From Octopus vulgaris (taxonomy: Eukaryota), in contig OX597816.1 in NCBI GenBank assembly GCA_951406725.2, positions 85,622,001 through 85,686,000 of the forward strand: a stretch of 64,000 bases of DNA. Reading direction: 5' to 3'. This document shows, piece by piece, positions 38,571 to 53,580 of this stretch (its first letter is position 1; every line of letters begins with the position of its first letter). The notes under the pieces are model-generated. The model saw only the letters and a program-made list of their open reading frames with translations, made no database searches and was not told where the DNA came from. The translations under genes were made by a program, and so were the position numbers.

Positions 38571-39237
38571 ATCGTGCGTTGTTTGAGCTTATATATACTT
38601 TATATATGGTTTTCCCAAATTTGCATAAAATTCACGTGAAACCTAATGCTGCTCACACAATGAGACACAGAAGTGGATGGTAAAATTTTACATATTTCTT
38701 TGCTATACACATTTATATACGCATTAATTTATTAACACATACACTCATATATCAGCACGATGGGTTACGTATTAACTATGGATATTCATGCGCATAAATA
38801 TAAATTCACGTACTGATTTAGAATAACATTTACATTTACGGCTATTAGTGCATTATACATGCATATATATGTATGCTTCTGTTTTATTGTCTGGAAATCG
38901 AATCTAAAGCACATTTAATTTCATTTTCTCCTGCCATTCTTTAATTTGGCACTTCTCAACATGAACTGATATAATTACAGATGTGGTATATAATGAGGTA
39001 AAGTGCAGCTAATAGGACACGATTTACACTCTTACTGTTAAGAGTCATTCAGTTGAATAAAAAAAAAGAATACATCCTGCATATCCATACATACAATATA
39101 TATTGAAAAAAAAGGAAATTATTCTCTGAAGGGTTCTAATTACAATAGATGAGATAATAAAATACTCTTATAGGAGCAAAGAATGAAAGTAAAAAAAAGC
39201 AACAAAACAATCGAATAAACAAAACAAAAATTAATAT

Positions 39238-39288
<51 letters not shown>

Positions 39289-39333
39289 TGTATATATATA
39301 TAAATACATATAGATAGACATATATATATATAC

Positions 39334-39397
<64 letters not shown>

Positions 39398-39609
39398 TGA
39401 AAAAAAAAACTTTTTTTTTCTTACAAATTCATATATCTTAATTGTGGATAGAATTCTATGTAATCTCAAAGGGTTGCTATTAAATCGTCATATCCATTCT
39501 AAAGAGCTTTTAACGCACTAAATTTTTTCAGACGTTATATCGTTTTATATATTCATTTTGTTGTTACTAACTTGACATAAAGCAGATAATTACTACTACT
39601 ACTACTACG

Positions 39610-39670
<61 letters not shown>

Positions 39671-40090
39671 TCACTTAGTTTATTGCTGTCTTATTTCGAC
39701 CGGTTTTTTTCATGTTAAGCCTGAACTCTCTAACTTGCGTATGCATACACTTGCGTGCGCATAATACTTGCATGCATGAATACGTGTGCGTGTTTGTGCT
39801 TGAGTATGAATGCGAGTGCGGAGTGTGTGTGAGATTCTTTGTGAATTTGAGTATGTCTAAAAAAAGGAAATATCGAGAAGATATCCTACCTCAAAGGACA
39901 AAAAAGCACCCAATATATAAACCATAGAACCCCACCAAAAATATGTATGCTTAAACAACCGGAATACTAAATATTTCAAATTATTATTTCTTTTCTCGCT
40001 TTACAATCATATTAACTAGTGAAGTTCTACAGCGTTTCGATTAGTGTTCGATGTGTGTGACGAGAACACGCTTCAAACTCAATACAATTT

Positions 40091-40347
40091 TATGTGTAGT
40101 GGTATCTTTGAAGGCGGCGAGCTGGCAGAAACGTTAGCACACCAGGCGAAATGCTTAGCGGTATTTCGTCTGCCGTTACGTTCTGAGTTCAAATTTTAAC
40201 GTGGTTGATTTTACATTTCATCTATTCGGTATCGATTAAATAAGTACCAGTTACGCACTGTGGTCGAAATAATCGACTTAATCCGTTTGTCTGTCCTTGT
40301 TTGTCCCCTCTGCGTTTAGCCCCTTCTAGGTAGTAAAGAAATAGGTA
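40091..40347 (+). mobile_element. Full-length Nin/Deu-type tRNA SINE
   Basis: AAGGCGGCGAGCTGGCAGAAACGTTAGC...GAGTTCAAATT...TAAGTACCAGTTACGCACTG...AAAGAAATAGGT. Confidence 0.9.
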
Positions 40348-40399
40348 ACTATGAGTACATATATACAGTGTTACAGTAATATCTATATACGAATATAAA

Positions 40400-40443
<44 letters not shown>

Positions 40444-40474
40444 TAAAAGGAATTCCAACCTTGTCTGATTTTCA

Positions 40475-40833
40475 CGTTTTATTTACAATCTTATAATGAT
40501 ATAATATAATATAATATAATAGAATAGAATAAAATAAAATAGTATAATGTTAAATGTTCATTGTTATTGAACTAGTACTTTCATGCATTAAATTATGCAA
40601 TCTTGAGGTTCATGTAGTAGTGGTGACAGTCATGCTTCACAATTTTTTCACAGTCAAAAATTGTGAAGCATGACTGTCACCACTACTACATGAACCTAAC
40701 CTCAAGATTGCATGATTTAATGCATGAAAGTACTAGTTCAATCAGAATGAACATTTAACATTCTACTATTTTATTTTATTCTATTATATTATATTATCTT
40801 ATATTATATCATTATAAGATTGTAAATAAAACG
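40475..40833. repeat. Long near-perfect palindrome, ~173 bp arms, 8-nt loop
   Basis: CGTTTTATTTACAATCTTATAATG...CATGCTTCACAATTTTT [TCACAGTC] AAAAATTGTGAAGCATG...CATTATAAGATTGTAAATAAAACG. Confidence 0.95.
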
Positions 40834-40856
40834 ATATATATATATATATATATATA

Positions 40857-40934
40857 TACTTTGATACTTTGATACTTTGATAGGTTTCGGCCATTATTGG
40901 CCCAGGCCATGTCTAACTTAATAGCACCACCTGG
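40857..40934 (-). mobile_element. Extreme 5'-truncated 3' tip of the CR1-like LINE in (TA)n
   Basis: TATTGGCCCAG(G/C)CCATGTCTAACTTAATAGCACCACCTGG matches 54410-54449; tail (ATCAAAGT)x3. Confidence 0.85.
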
Positions 40935-40994
40935 ATATATATATATATATATATATATACATACACACACACATACATAAATACACATATATAT

Positions 40995-41382
40995 TATTTT
41001 CTATTCTAGGCACAAGGCTCGGATTCTTTTCTTCTGTGGGCGGAGCAGCCGACTTCATCGACTCCAGTACGCAACTGTTACTTAATTTATCGACCCCGAA
41101 AGGATGAAAGGTAAAGTCGACTTCAGAACATAAATACAGACGAAATACCTATTTCATTATTACCCACAAGAGGCTAAACACAGAGAGGACAAAGAAGGAC
41201 AGACAAACAGATTGAGCCGATTACATCGAACCCAATGCGTAACTGGTACTTAATTTATCGACTCCGAAAGGATGAAAGGCAAAGTCGATCTAGGCGGAAT
41301 TTGAACTCAGAACGTAACGGCAGACGAAATACCTCTAAGCATTTCACCCGGCGTGCTAACGTTTCTGCCAGCTCGCCGCCTT
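40995..41382 (-). mobile_element. Nin/Deu-type SINE with a duplicated second module (dimer-like)
   Basis: 41147-41382 is the reverse complement of the 40091 family. The ACTTAATTTATCGAC(C/T)CCGAAAGGATGAAAGG block is present twice (41080, 41248). Confidence 0.88.
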
Positions 41383-41827
41383 TATATATATGTATGCATG
41401 CGCGCGCACTCACACACACTCACACACACACATATGCACACATACATAATATATATGTACATACATATCCTCATGTGAGTGTCTGTGTCTCAGTATATAC
41501 GCACGCGTATTAACAATTTTTACTGGTTCGCTGTATGGAACTTGTTGCTTTAATTGCTAGAAATGTTAATTGGAGGCAGGTGCACATTTTTTTACTCAGA
41601 TTTTAACCATTTTATATTGTATTTATTATTCTTTATTGAGTCTTTCGATCTTGTTTAAAGGGTGAAATATCAAATGAAAATGATTGTATTTAACTCGTAA
41701 TTAAGAATGACGTTAATGACTTTAATGAAGCGATGACGTTAGATTTATATTTGACAATATTACCTTTGAATCTCCTTCGAATCCATAGAATACTGAGCGA
41801 AACGGCTTGTAGCATTCAATTAAAGAT

Positions 41828-42118
41828 TTATTATTGTTTGTTCCTTCTCGAGCCACGCCTGGCTCATAAGGGCCGGTTTCAGGGTTTTCTTGGCGTATAG
41901 GTTTCCCACCTGGACGGGATGCTGCTCCGTCGCAGGTGAGCTGCAAGATGGAGGAAAGAGTGAAAGTTGTGGCGAAAGAGTCAGCAGAAGTTCGCCATTA
42001 CCTTCTGCCGGAGCCGCGTGGAGCTCATCAACACACACATCACCCGGTCTGAGATTCGAACCGGCGATCCCTCGACCGTGAGTCGGCTGCTCTAACTACT
42101 AGGCCATGTGCCTCCACT
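41828..42118 (-). mobile_element. tRNA-derived SINE sharing head and core with 11183 but with a different tail
   Basis: Reverse complement GGAGGCACATGGCCTAGTAGTTAGAGCAGCCGACTCACGGTCGAGGGATCGCCGGTTCGAATCTC...GCATCCCGTCCAGG...GAAACCGGCCCTTATGAGCC...(AAC/AAT) tail. Confidence 0.88.
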
Positions 42119-42869
42119 TTATTATATATACAGTCGTTTAAATTATGATTAGACTGGTTCATATTTTATATCACCAGCAATGTATAGTGATCCGCTGCAG
42201 TAATTAAATTGAAATAGTAAACAGTCAAAATTTAACACTGCTAATTATATTCCTGACGAGCTGCGAATTTTGAAATGTTTTTGTAACATTCTTGACAAAT
42301 GCTAGACGCTAAACTGTTGCATTCATTTTAGAAAATAATATTTGTCGTTTTGTTACGTTTTGCAATGATACTTATCTAAGAACCGCTTACCCTCACACCG
42401 TTATAGTTTTTTTTCTTTTCTAAACAGCCATATTTGCTCTTAACCAACGAATTCTGTTCCTACTAATGCAACAGAATTCATAATTATTCAAGAAAGAGCT
42501 AAACCTGATTTTCTTTTCTTTATGCTGCAATTAGTTTTCGCATAATGGGTTTTTGCAATTATCTAAATAAAGCCAATATCACACTTAGCTTTTATAATCC
42601 CAGCACTTACCTCGATGTTCTTCACTAAGTTTGCTTTCTCTCATTCAGCATTCTATATTTTTTTCTCAATCAGAATAGTTACTCATAGCTTTATTGCTTT
42701 ACAAGGCATTTACAATTTCATTAAATGCAACAAATCCTGCAAGAATCAATCTGCAAAGATTACTAGTAAATAAGCCAACAACATTTTAAAGATAAGCCAT
42801 CGCAATATTAGCTATTGCAACCAAAAGGAAGGGCTGTACGGTATTCACTTCTCAGTTATATACAGATGT

Positions 42870-44350
42870 TTGGGAAGGTGGTTTACTCTTCTTTTTAACC
42901 ATGGATGTCATAACGCCCATGGCACTGTCTCACCAAGGCACAAAGCGGATCGCTGCACTCATGGTAAAGTATGTAGCTTAATCAACCGAAACGTCGTAGC
43001 CTGTATATCCTCAAAGGAATATTGACAAATACTATTTTCAGCAGCATTTAAAAGACTCTAACAAAGAAAAGTGGATCTGTTGTCTTAGGAATAATTGATG
43101 TTGCTCTTTGAATGATAATGCCAAAAACACAAAGACACAACTGAAAAACTAGCTGGAGTTACTCGATGAAAAGAAGCTACTAAGAAGGTTAAAATGTATG
43201 GTACTTACATTATAGCATCATATATTCAAATGGCAATTGAAATAATTGCTTTATGGTTTTTTGAATGACTCATGTTGAGGCATGGAGTCATTGCAAAGTA
43301 AATTCATACGCAGGATGTTCGGCGTTTTCCCAACTTTTACATGCATTACTATGTAGTGTAGGATCTCTAAGCTCCACCTACCACTGGAAGAATTTATAGC
43401 CGCTAGATTAAAAGCTGAGAGCATATTGCTTCTAGCTCAGGATGAATACGTTTGACACACTAACAAGACCGTAAAGTTTGGGAGATTGGGGAATACCCAA
43501 GAAGCGGCGAAAAGAGCGAAAATGTACTGCAAGCACCACTAGATTATAGAGGGAATTTGTCAAGGACACCTACAACTTGGCAACCAATGCACCAGAATGT
43601 GGAAACGTACCCATGCTACGGGTATGAGCGCACAAAGTGCAAAGAATCTGCATGTCAACAGAGAAAGATAGTAGTGTAAAAGAAGTAGGACTTAACTACT
43701 AAGTGTCAACAATAAAATAGAAACTTATGCAGTACACCTACATTTCTAGAAGAAACACGGGAACATTGACCAAGAAAAATCATCCTTTTTGTTGTGTGCT
43801 ATGTGCCGTAGCTGACTTTTTGTCGAGCCATGTGGAGCAACACTTTACAGCCTAAATCTTATTTTTCCCGGATGCCATAGGACACTGGAAGAAAACCTAT
43901 ACAAGAGGTAACACGGCAAACTCTTAAAAGAAATAGCAAATTGGATGGACACGTAGTGAGTCCATCACGTAGTGAGTGCAGACAACAACAGCCAAGGATG
44001 TTAGAATCTTAATGGAATGCGATAAGACTCCTAAAGCAAAACCAATCTTAGAGGATTTATTTTCTATTTTCCATCCAGTCTCAGATTGAGAGATGCAATT
44101 CAGCCTGAGAGATAACATGGGTGAACTTGACTCGCAGAGGAGAAAGCGCTAACATGTTTTCAAACAGACAACCAAGCACTCAATGTTCTTGGTCCAAATT
44201 TCTCATCAGCTGAAATGAACAAATTAGTAGCACTCGATCGATGAGGTGCTTGACAAGTGGTGGAATATGGTTTCATTCCCTATTGTTGCCGACTGCCTCG
44301 TCTTTCCATTTAGATCGGTACACTATTTCCTATAGATGATTAGTTTGGAA
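42870..44350 (+). pseudogene. Old Hero/NeSL-type (RLE) non-LTR retrotransposon remnant
   Basis: KLHLPLEEFIAARLKAESILLLAQDEYV*HTNKTVKFGRLGNTQEAAKRA...IIEGICQGHLQLG (~43370-43580) and SLNLIFPGCHRTLEENLYKR*HGKLLKEIANW (~43850-43945) parallel the Hero motifs LQLP..EEFK..RTGRKW.A.EAV and HILSxCxxALxxGRYxWRHDQVL. Confidence 0.65.
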
Positions 44351-45568
44351 TTCAAACGACTAAATGAAGAAAACCTTCAAGATAGATAGTTCAGGTTGAC
44401 TCTGGTTCAAACGAAAAAAAAACACACAAAGAAAACCTTTCACAGATGACGGCTAATTCAGCCCTCATTAACCCCAGTCAGGGGAAGCGCAAATGTTACT
44501 ATTGCAAGCCTAAGATGCTTGTTGAAGATTCAAAAATCTATTGATATTACAATAGATTTAGTGAGCATTAAAGAGCTTGAAATAGCTGAGGATCCCTGGG
44601 AATTTTTGTTCGGGACAAAGCCTCTCTGAAGACTGTTTCCCTTTCTAATTTCGGCGCAGGTTCAGCAATTGTGAGGGAAATGGAGAAGTCGTAAAATATT
44701 TAACTTGTACTTTACTTAATCCACGTTGCAAAACTGAAAATATAAAGATGACTTTTATAATATTTGAGCGCAAATTTTAAAAAACGAATTTTTTCAATGC
44801 TCTAATATTTTTGCGAATTATGAATCCTTTTGAGATTTGATAATAGAAAGAAAGAAATTACAAAGAATGTTAAAGGCATTCCTATTTTTCACCGTCGGTA
44901 AAAAAACATAATCATCATATGAAGGTGATTCAAAGAAACATAAAGAGAAGCAGACTGGCATGGCGAAGTAGCTGTTCGCTGCTATACAGATGCTTAAAGA
45001 AGCCATCAGAGATTAAATGGTTTGCTCTTACCGAGATTTACAAAAAAATATAATGTGCACTGCATAATAAACAATGCACACGAAAGGAGAAAGAAAAGGG
45101 TAACCTATAAAACCAGCTTATCTGTTATGTTCTATTTATAAACGAAACCAGCAAATGGAGAGAGGGGGAAAGAAAAAGGGAGAAGGATAGAAAGGGGTGG
45201 GATAGAGAGGGAGCGTTTGTGTGTGTCTACCGCCCGACTGCATGATTAGTCACATAAGCTAGTATAAGCTAATATATAAATGGCGCTTTTTGAGAACTTA
45301 CAACCTAATAGAGAATACAACAGGTTGGTTATAAAATATAAAAGAGAAACGAGATAAAACACTCTTAAATGTATATACTTTCAACGCCTTCTTCTTTATA
45401 CTTTGATGTAAATTTCGAATTTTGATACGCAACTAAACTTAATCTATAAAGAATTGTCTCTCCCAGTTAACTGAATACCAGGTGTACAACACCAGTTTGA
45501 ATTATAAATCTTACGCAGAGCGAAGTGTGATGCCTCTGTATGATTGTGTATGTGTGGTCTGTATATCT

Positions 45569-45605
45569 GAGAGAGAGAGAGATAGAGACAGAGAGAGACA
45601 GAGAC

Positions 45606-45654
<49 letters not shown>

Positions 45655-45680
45655 AAGACAGAAGGAAATACAGAGAGAAG
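45569..45680. repeat. (GA)n/(GACA)n microsatellite
   Basis: Direct reading. Confidence 0.9.
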
Positions 45681-46096
45681 TGCTGAGAGGAGGATAGAAT
45701 GCAGAGGAAAGAGAAGTGAAGGGAAAGTGCTTCACTGTGTCGTAGAGTAAATAAATGCCCAGCTCTTTCTACAAAATATGAGCAACAAGTAAAATAAGAA
45801 GGGGAAAATTATAAAGAATTATATAATCTGCAGTGGTCCGTTAGTAACCAGAAGTTACAGCTGTAAGACTACCTATCTCTTTATAAATTTCTTAGAAATT
45901 TGACACTGCCTTGGCTTTGGTTTCTCATTTTATGTAACATATACACGCTCATAACGACCCGTGTTACACTCCTCAATCTTAATGTTACCGAACCGGAAGT
46001 TTAACAACGGTCCTTTCTTAGCTCTTACATAGCCTTACCTGCCTTTTAGGTCGTCTGGATACCAAAGCCTCTCACACACACACACACACTTATAAA

Positions 46097-46562
<466 letters not shown>

Positions 46563-49500
46563 GTGAATAAGAGACAGACAGAGACTGAGAGAGTGAAAGA
46601 GAGGAACTCACAGATATCGGGATGCACAGATTCAAGGGGCCTTAGAAATCATTGGATTTATTAACACTTTATCAAAAGAAATTTTAGTTGTTGAAATTCA
46701 CATAACAACAAAACACTAGTTCCCACAATTTATTTAACGGGGAAAATCCCCAAATTTTCAGTTTAAGATAATTTTGGCGTCTAAATGAATTACACATACC
46801 TGACAATGCTTAGATGTTTCAACATGATGCAAGACTAAATTCACTTAGAGAAATAACAATCCCATTACTAGATTATTGACACGAATTACTACATCCCATA
46901 AATTACCTATTTTAGAATTTAGAAGTCATTGACATTTATCACTTTCTGTGGAAGTATTTAGCTGCGAAACTATCTCCATGATATTAGGATATATTATCTT
47001 AATGTGCTATTTATTAAATTCTGCAAGGGACACCAAAATATCTGATTGGTTATTTAAATACAATTATCTGGCCATAAGACATTATTTCTACTCATATATG
47101 ATTATGCGTGTCTCACAATATGCGTCTACGTTCAAGTGAAGATATTTGTGTATTGGAGTGTATATTTGTGAATGTTTGTATATATTCGTATTAAAGTATG
47201 TGTGTGTGCATGCTTAAGTTAACTGTTCATAAACCGCAATAGCATTGTGAACAACTGTCGGTAACAGACCACTTTCATTCGTTTAACAACAGAAGTAACA
47301 TATTAATAAAACATTAAGGTTAAAGTATTTGGCACTAAATTCAACTAAGCATATTTATGTGGTACTGTAGGATTAATCTAGCAGTCATAAGAGTCGTATA
47401 ATAATCGAAGAAATTTGATTTACAGCCCCACTTAGTGTTATATTTCTATATTGGTTTGTTAAATTCATTGGTGATTATGTATTAAGAATTTTCTACTTTG
47501 TTTCAAGCAACATTGTATCAAGATTTATTGATATGATTAAATACAACCCCGACAAATAATTAGATATTCACGTGTATTTCACAATTCTCCTGTACTATCT
47601 ATTTTGCTACACCTGTAGTTTACATTCATTACTTTGCTCTGTACATATATTCCTATTTTGGAAAAAAAGAAAAGAATTCTTATTTATTAGAAGTATCAAA
47701 TAAATGGTAAGGAGTGAAAGTGGAGGGGATTCAGAAACATACCTTAAAAGGAGTTCAAAACATCTTTGTACATTTGAATACTTTTGTGACATCCGTTGAT
47801 TTCGTCAGTTTTTAAAATAATGTCGAAAATATATCAGATTATACAAGACTTAAAACGGGTTATTGCTTATTTAAATATAATTGTCTGACCATTATTCAAC
47901 ACAAAGAAACTATAACTTCTGAAACGGGGTTCTTATTACTGAGTATAAGTACCAAATTGATTTACAATCAAGTTACAGAGTCGAACAAATAGTTACGTTG
48001 TATTTGAATCCATCCACCCCAATCCCGTTGAGAGAGAGAATTTTCTATTTAGCATTTCTGTGTCTAGATAAGAACATTATTGAATCAACTGCCCCCTCCT
48101 TCATATTTTGAGGATTTTAGCCAATAAAAGAAACCATCATGTAATATAAGATTTGTGTTATAATTAACAAAGAATGTGTAGCATATTTCATGATTCGATG
48201 CCTCGTCTAGATATGCTGCTCTCTGTGTATCAAATATTAAGTTACATGCATATTAAGTTACACAATCTATATTCTTGCAGATTACGCATTGAAAGTTACA
48301 CCTGAAATACAAAATGTGTTAACTACAGAAATAATTCATAGTATCTTTATGTGCGATTCTGATAAATATTTCTGTATCTTTACTCTATGTTAAGACGGTC
48401 GAATCTTGAAATAATGCAAAGTGGCGCTATAGAACATTTTCAGTATTTCGCTTCAGTCATCACGTCGTCTCCTTTCAGTTTCTTCTACAGACAACAGCAT
48501 TCATCTCTTCTGGACGAAAAGGGTGTGTACCAATAATTATAATAACCTGAAGTCTCATGGTTTGAATTGAAAGCTTTCAGCGACAATCGTTTAAGAAAAT
48601 CAAAATTACATTTAAGAAATTGAATAGCGTCGGGTATATGGAAGGTGATTCATAAAAATAAGGATACCCAACTATATTCCTAAACACTGCAATTTGTTCT
48701 ATTAATCAGGCTTTCGGAGAAAACTGACCACCATAATAACAAAATGAAAAATTTGGGAACACATCCTTAAAATACTGAAATCTACAGAGTTAGTTTACTT
48801 GCTGGAAACAACTCACCATTTGCTAAAACAGTTTCCTGCGTTATATAATCAAAACAAAAGAATATTCACAAACATAATTCGGGTCAGTATTTGAAACGTG
48901 TATAAATAAAGCTTTTGTGAGCTAACTTGCTAGTTAACGCTTTCACTTCATCGGCGTTTCACCAGTCAACTGGTGAGAAAATTATTTACATTATATTTCA
49001 AGTTCTTAATCTTACATACCTTAACAAATTCTGCTTAACGGTACATCTAATCTAATTAGCAATTATAAGATTGACTGTTTGCATAAATGTGTGCCTATCT
49101 GTCATTATTGAAGTATTCTTTGCAAAGTACCTCTACCACAAGTAAAAGTTCATCTCATTAGAATCTGTCAGATAGGATCGATAATTGCTCCAATTCAAAT
49201 AAATTCATTTAATGCATTGATACTTTTAGAAAGTCATCAACGATATATATTCTCTTTCGTTTCGTTTCAGCATATGTTTATAATTCTACGTTGTATAACA
49301 GTTGGACTTCGCCAAAATATAGGAAAATAAAATAAAAAAAAGAGAGATTGATATATGGATGGAGAAGAGTTAGGGGGACCGTTATAAATCACGTTTGGTG
49401 CCACTCAGTATTCAGCATATAAAATAAAGAAAAGAGATAACACAAACATATTTTAGGATTTATTAAATATGCTTAGAAACGTTAGTGTCAGACTGGACTG

Positions 49501-50119
49501 GGTAAAATGTAAATCTGTATCCATTAGGACGACTGAACATATTTTTTTATATTTCTATGGTAAACAAATATTAGAGTCGCGGCTTATGAGACACATGTTG
49601 AGAATTCAATATAGTGGTCAATGGCTGACTCCGGGTATGCCTATTATCAAAAGCCTTTTTGCTGTAGCTATTTGTTTTTCAGGAATGGTTTACTTGAAAG
49701 TGTTTATATGAACGCACTTTTTAAAAATAATGTAGACAATAATGTTAGAGAAATTCAGAACAAATGTTCAACGATTTGTGATAACTCGGCAGAATCTCCC
49801 TCAACAGATAATCATTTAATGTACAGGCTGATATATAAATAATGTTAGTGAAACGATAACTGCCAACTCAAACAATACAACACGATTTGAGACGTATTAT
49901 ATTGCAGCAGTAAATAGTTGAATATGATAGTGTGTTGAAATTAAATTATGTCAAGTCGGTCTCAGGTCATTCACTGATATAGCGTAATGAAATATATGGG
50001 GACCAATCTCATTTCTAATATATTAAATAATACTAAGTCAGTAGCATACACATAGATATGTGTATATATGCGTATACGTATGTGCAGGTGTGAGTGTGTA
50101 TGTGTATACATACATGCAT

Positions 50120-50156
<37 letters not shown>

Positions 50157-50157
50157 A

Positions 50158-50235
<78 letters not shown>

Positions 50236-50993
50236 CACACTCACATATACACATACATATACGCATATTCTCACATACATTTAGGAAATTTCTTTGCAAA
50301 ATCATCTCTCCTGTCTCGCTGATCTTTTCCTATCTTCCCACTGATCACTAACGTCATCTTTCTAATCTACTAAAAATTTCGAACTAGACGTTGAATTATT
50401 CCTCTTCTCGCTTTATTCGCTCACTTACAGGATAATTTCCCATGTCTCACTGCTATTTTCCCTGGTCTCACCGCGGCTTCTCATGATAGCCATATCTTTC
50501 CTCATCTCTCACTTCTTCATTATGTTATCTCCTTATTCCTTGTTTCGTATCTCTATATGGATTTCATGGCAGGAGCCTCGAGTGCCAGTCTCCTATTTTC
50601 TGACTTAATAACTCGCTAGATCTTTCCTTGTCTGGCTTTACCCTTCTATGGATGTTCAATAGAGCAAGACAAAATGGACTAAATAAGAAATTTCTTCCCT
50701 CATTTGCTATACACTCGTTTCGTCTGACGACTTCTACATTTCTCTCGCACTATAATTCGCACGCCTCAGCAGTTGTCTTGGTGATCCCATAAATTATCCA
50801 TTTGCTCTTATTAATTGAATTCTCTTACAGCACGAATCAAACCATACTTATATAAAACCAACCCGTTAAATTGAGGACACTTTTCAGGTGGTCGCAACTA
50901 AAGTATATCCTGGTGATCTTATAGCTTTCTGATATTCAAACGTTTTATGCTCAGTCAAAATACTTTAAACAAAGAGATACGTTATAATTTCTC

Positions 50994-51044
<51 letters not shown>

Positions 51045-51397
51045 GCTGTTTCTCTCTCTTCCCTTTCTCTGCCTTTCTGTAACCTGACCATCAGAACACC
51101 ACTCCTCCGCAAAAATTATATTTTCAACTCTCCTCCTCTAACTTCAAATAACTTTTTTTAACCATGTAATATATATTACGTTCCTCCCAGCTCACGATGC
51201 GGAGGCTTGTCACTGCCTCTTTTTCTTTCATGCTATTCCTGTCTCATTATTCACCTTATCCTCTTTTTCTCTCTCCCACTTTCTCTCTATACATTCTTTC
51301 TTTATACCTCTTTTCTAATCACGTGAAAGTGTTACAGTCGGGGTAAGTAAAGCAATAACAAGCAGAATAATTATAAGATAATACTGATGATAATGGG

Positions 51398-51686
<289 letters not shown>

Positions 51687-51689
51687 ATC

Positions 51690-51907
51690 TTTTCTACTAA
51701 AGGCAAAAGGCCTGTAAATTTATGGGGAGAGGCGGGGAAACTAGCTGATTTCCACTCCGGTGCGTAAATGGTACTTGATTTATCGACCATGAAAAGATGA
51801 AATGCAAAGTCGTCTTTGGCGGAATTTGAAATCAGAACGTAAGGAGGCACGAAATACAACTAAGCAGTTTCCCCGGCGTGATAACGATTCAGCCAACTCG
51901 CCGCCTA
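51690..51907 (-). mobile_element. Decayed Nin/Deu-type SINE
   Basis: GGTACTTGATTTATCGACCATGAAAAGATGAAATGCAAAGTCG...GGAATTTGAAATCAGAACG...GCCAACTCGCCGCCT. Confidence 0.8.
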
Positions 51908-51973
51908 AGTGGTAGTAATAATAAGGGTAATAATAATAAATACAACAATAAAAATAATAACAACACCAGCAAT

Positions 51974-52065
<92 letters not shown>

Positions 52066-52114
52066 TAATAATAATAATAATAATAATAATGATGATAATA
52101 ATAATAATAATAAT

Positions 52115-52623
52115 AAATGCCCTGATGCAGTGTCAGGCAGTGGCTGAAAAGACTTCTGATCTTAATTGATTGGAAGTGTTATCATGTACATTGTTTTGTC
52201 ATGGTATAAAAGATGGGCTACGGCAAATATTCTGTTCAATACCACAGATTTGCATGTCATTTGCTTGACCTTATCCAGCTGATCACGAGCAGAAGTAGTT
52301 GGGGAAGTATCGTAGCCATGTGTTGAGAGGAATTCTTTGGGGTTTGGATATTTCACCTTTGGAAACATGGGTAATTCGTTCATCATCCTGAAACAAACCT
52401 TGTTCAGGGATTTTTGAGTGGAATGAGCTACTCGACTCGAAGAAAATTATAACTCCAAGATCATACGCTGTTTATCTCGGTATGAGATCACTATGTCACG
52501 CACATAATGTTGTGATGCATATGCCCGACGTAACGTTATCAAACGAGTAGTCATGATGGGTACACTGGCCTTCGTATATTTTTTCCCCAGCGTCACTTTG
52601 ATAGCATATACTACTCTCTCACT
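52115..52623 (+). mobile_element. Second copy of the ~510-550 bp TAA-targeted non-coding element
   Basis: AAATGCCCTGATGCAGTGTCAGGCAGTGGCT...GTCACTTTGATAGCATATACTACTCTCTCACT, between (TAA)n tracts. Confidence 0.8.
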
Positions 52624-52769
52624 AAATAACAATAATAACTACAATAAGCATGTATAGCAGTTACATATAGTCCACACAAACGTACACAAGTATGCTTGTG
52701 TTTGCTTGCGTGTGTGTATAAGCACATGTGTATCTATGTGGGAGTGAATATAAGTGTGTGCGTATGTGT

Positions 52770-52788
52770 GTCTGTGTATACATATATA

Positions 52789-52847
<59 letters not shown>

Positions 52848-53259
52848 ATTTATATTTATGTGTGCATATATACATATATATGTGTACATATATACCTATA
52901 TATATATATATATTTATATATGTATATATATTTATATATATATATATATGTATATATATATGTATATATATATATAGAAATATTTAAAAAAATGTGTAGT
53001 ATATAATTATACATGTAATATATTTGTTATATATATGTGTAGTATATATATATATAATACAATATATATGATATATTTGTATATATATATATGCATATGT
53101 ATATATATATGTATATATATATATATATGTATATATTTGTATATATATATATATGTTATGTATATATATATATATATACATGTATATATATTTGTATATA
53201 TATATGTGTATGTATATATATATATATATACATACATATATATATGTATATATATATAA

Positions 53260-53306
<47 letters not shown>

Positions 53307-53340
53307 TATAGATATATATATATATCTGTACGTATGTATG
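52770..53340. repeat. Long degenerate (TA)n low-complexity tract
   Basis: Direct reading. Confidence 0.92.
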
Positions 53341-53535
53341 TATATTTGTGTGAGTGTGCGTGCTTGTAAGTATGCAAATATATTGTAATCTCCCGTGTTT
53401 TCATACAGTCGTTAATATACTTATGAAACTTTCATAAACATTATTCAATATTTTATATTTTTTTATGAAGTCATAATGAGGAGATTATTTATCAGAATTC
53501 TGAAATCGACAAGAAGGCACGAGAAAAAAGAATAA

Positions 53536-53580
<45 letters not shown>

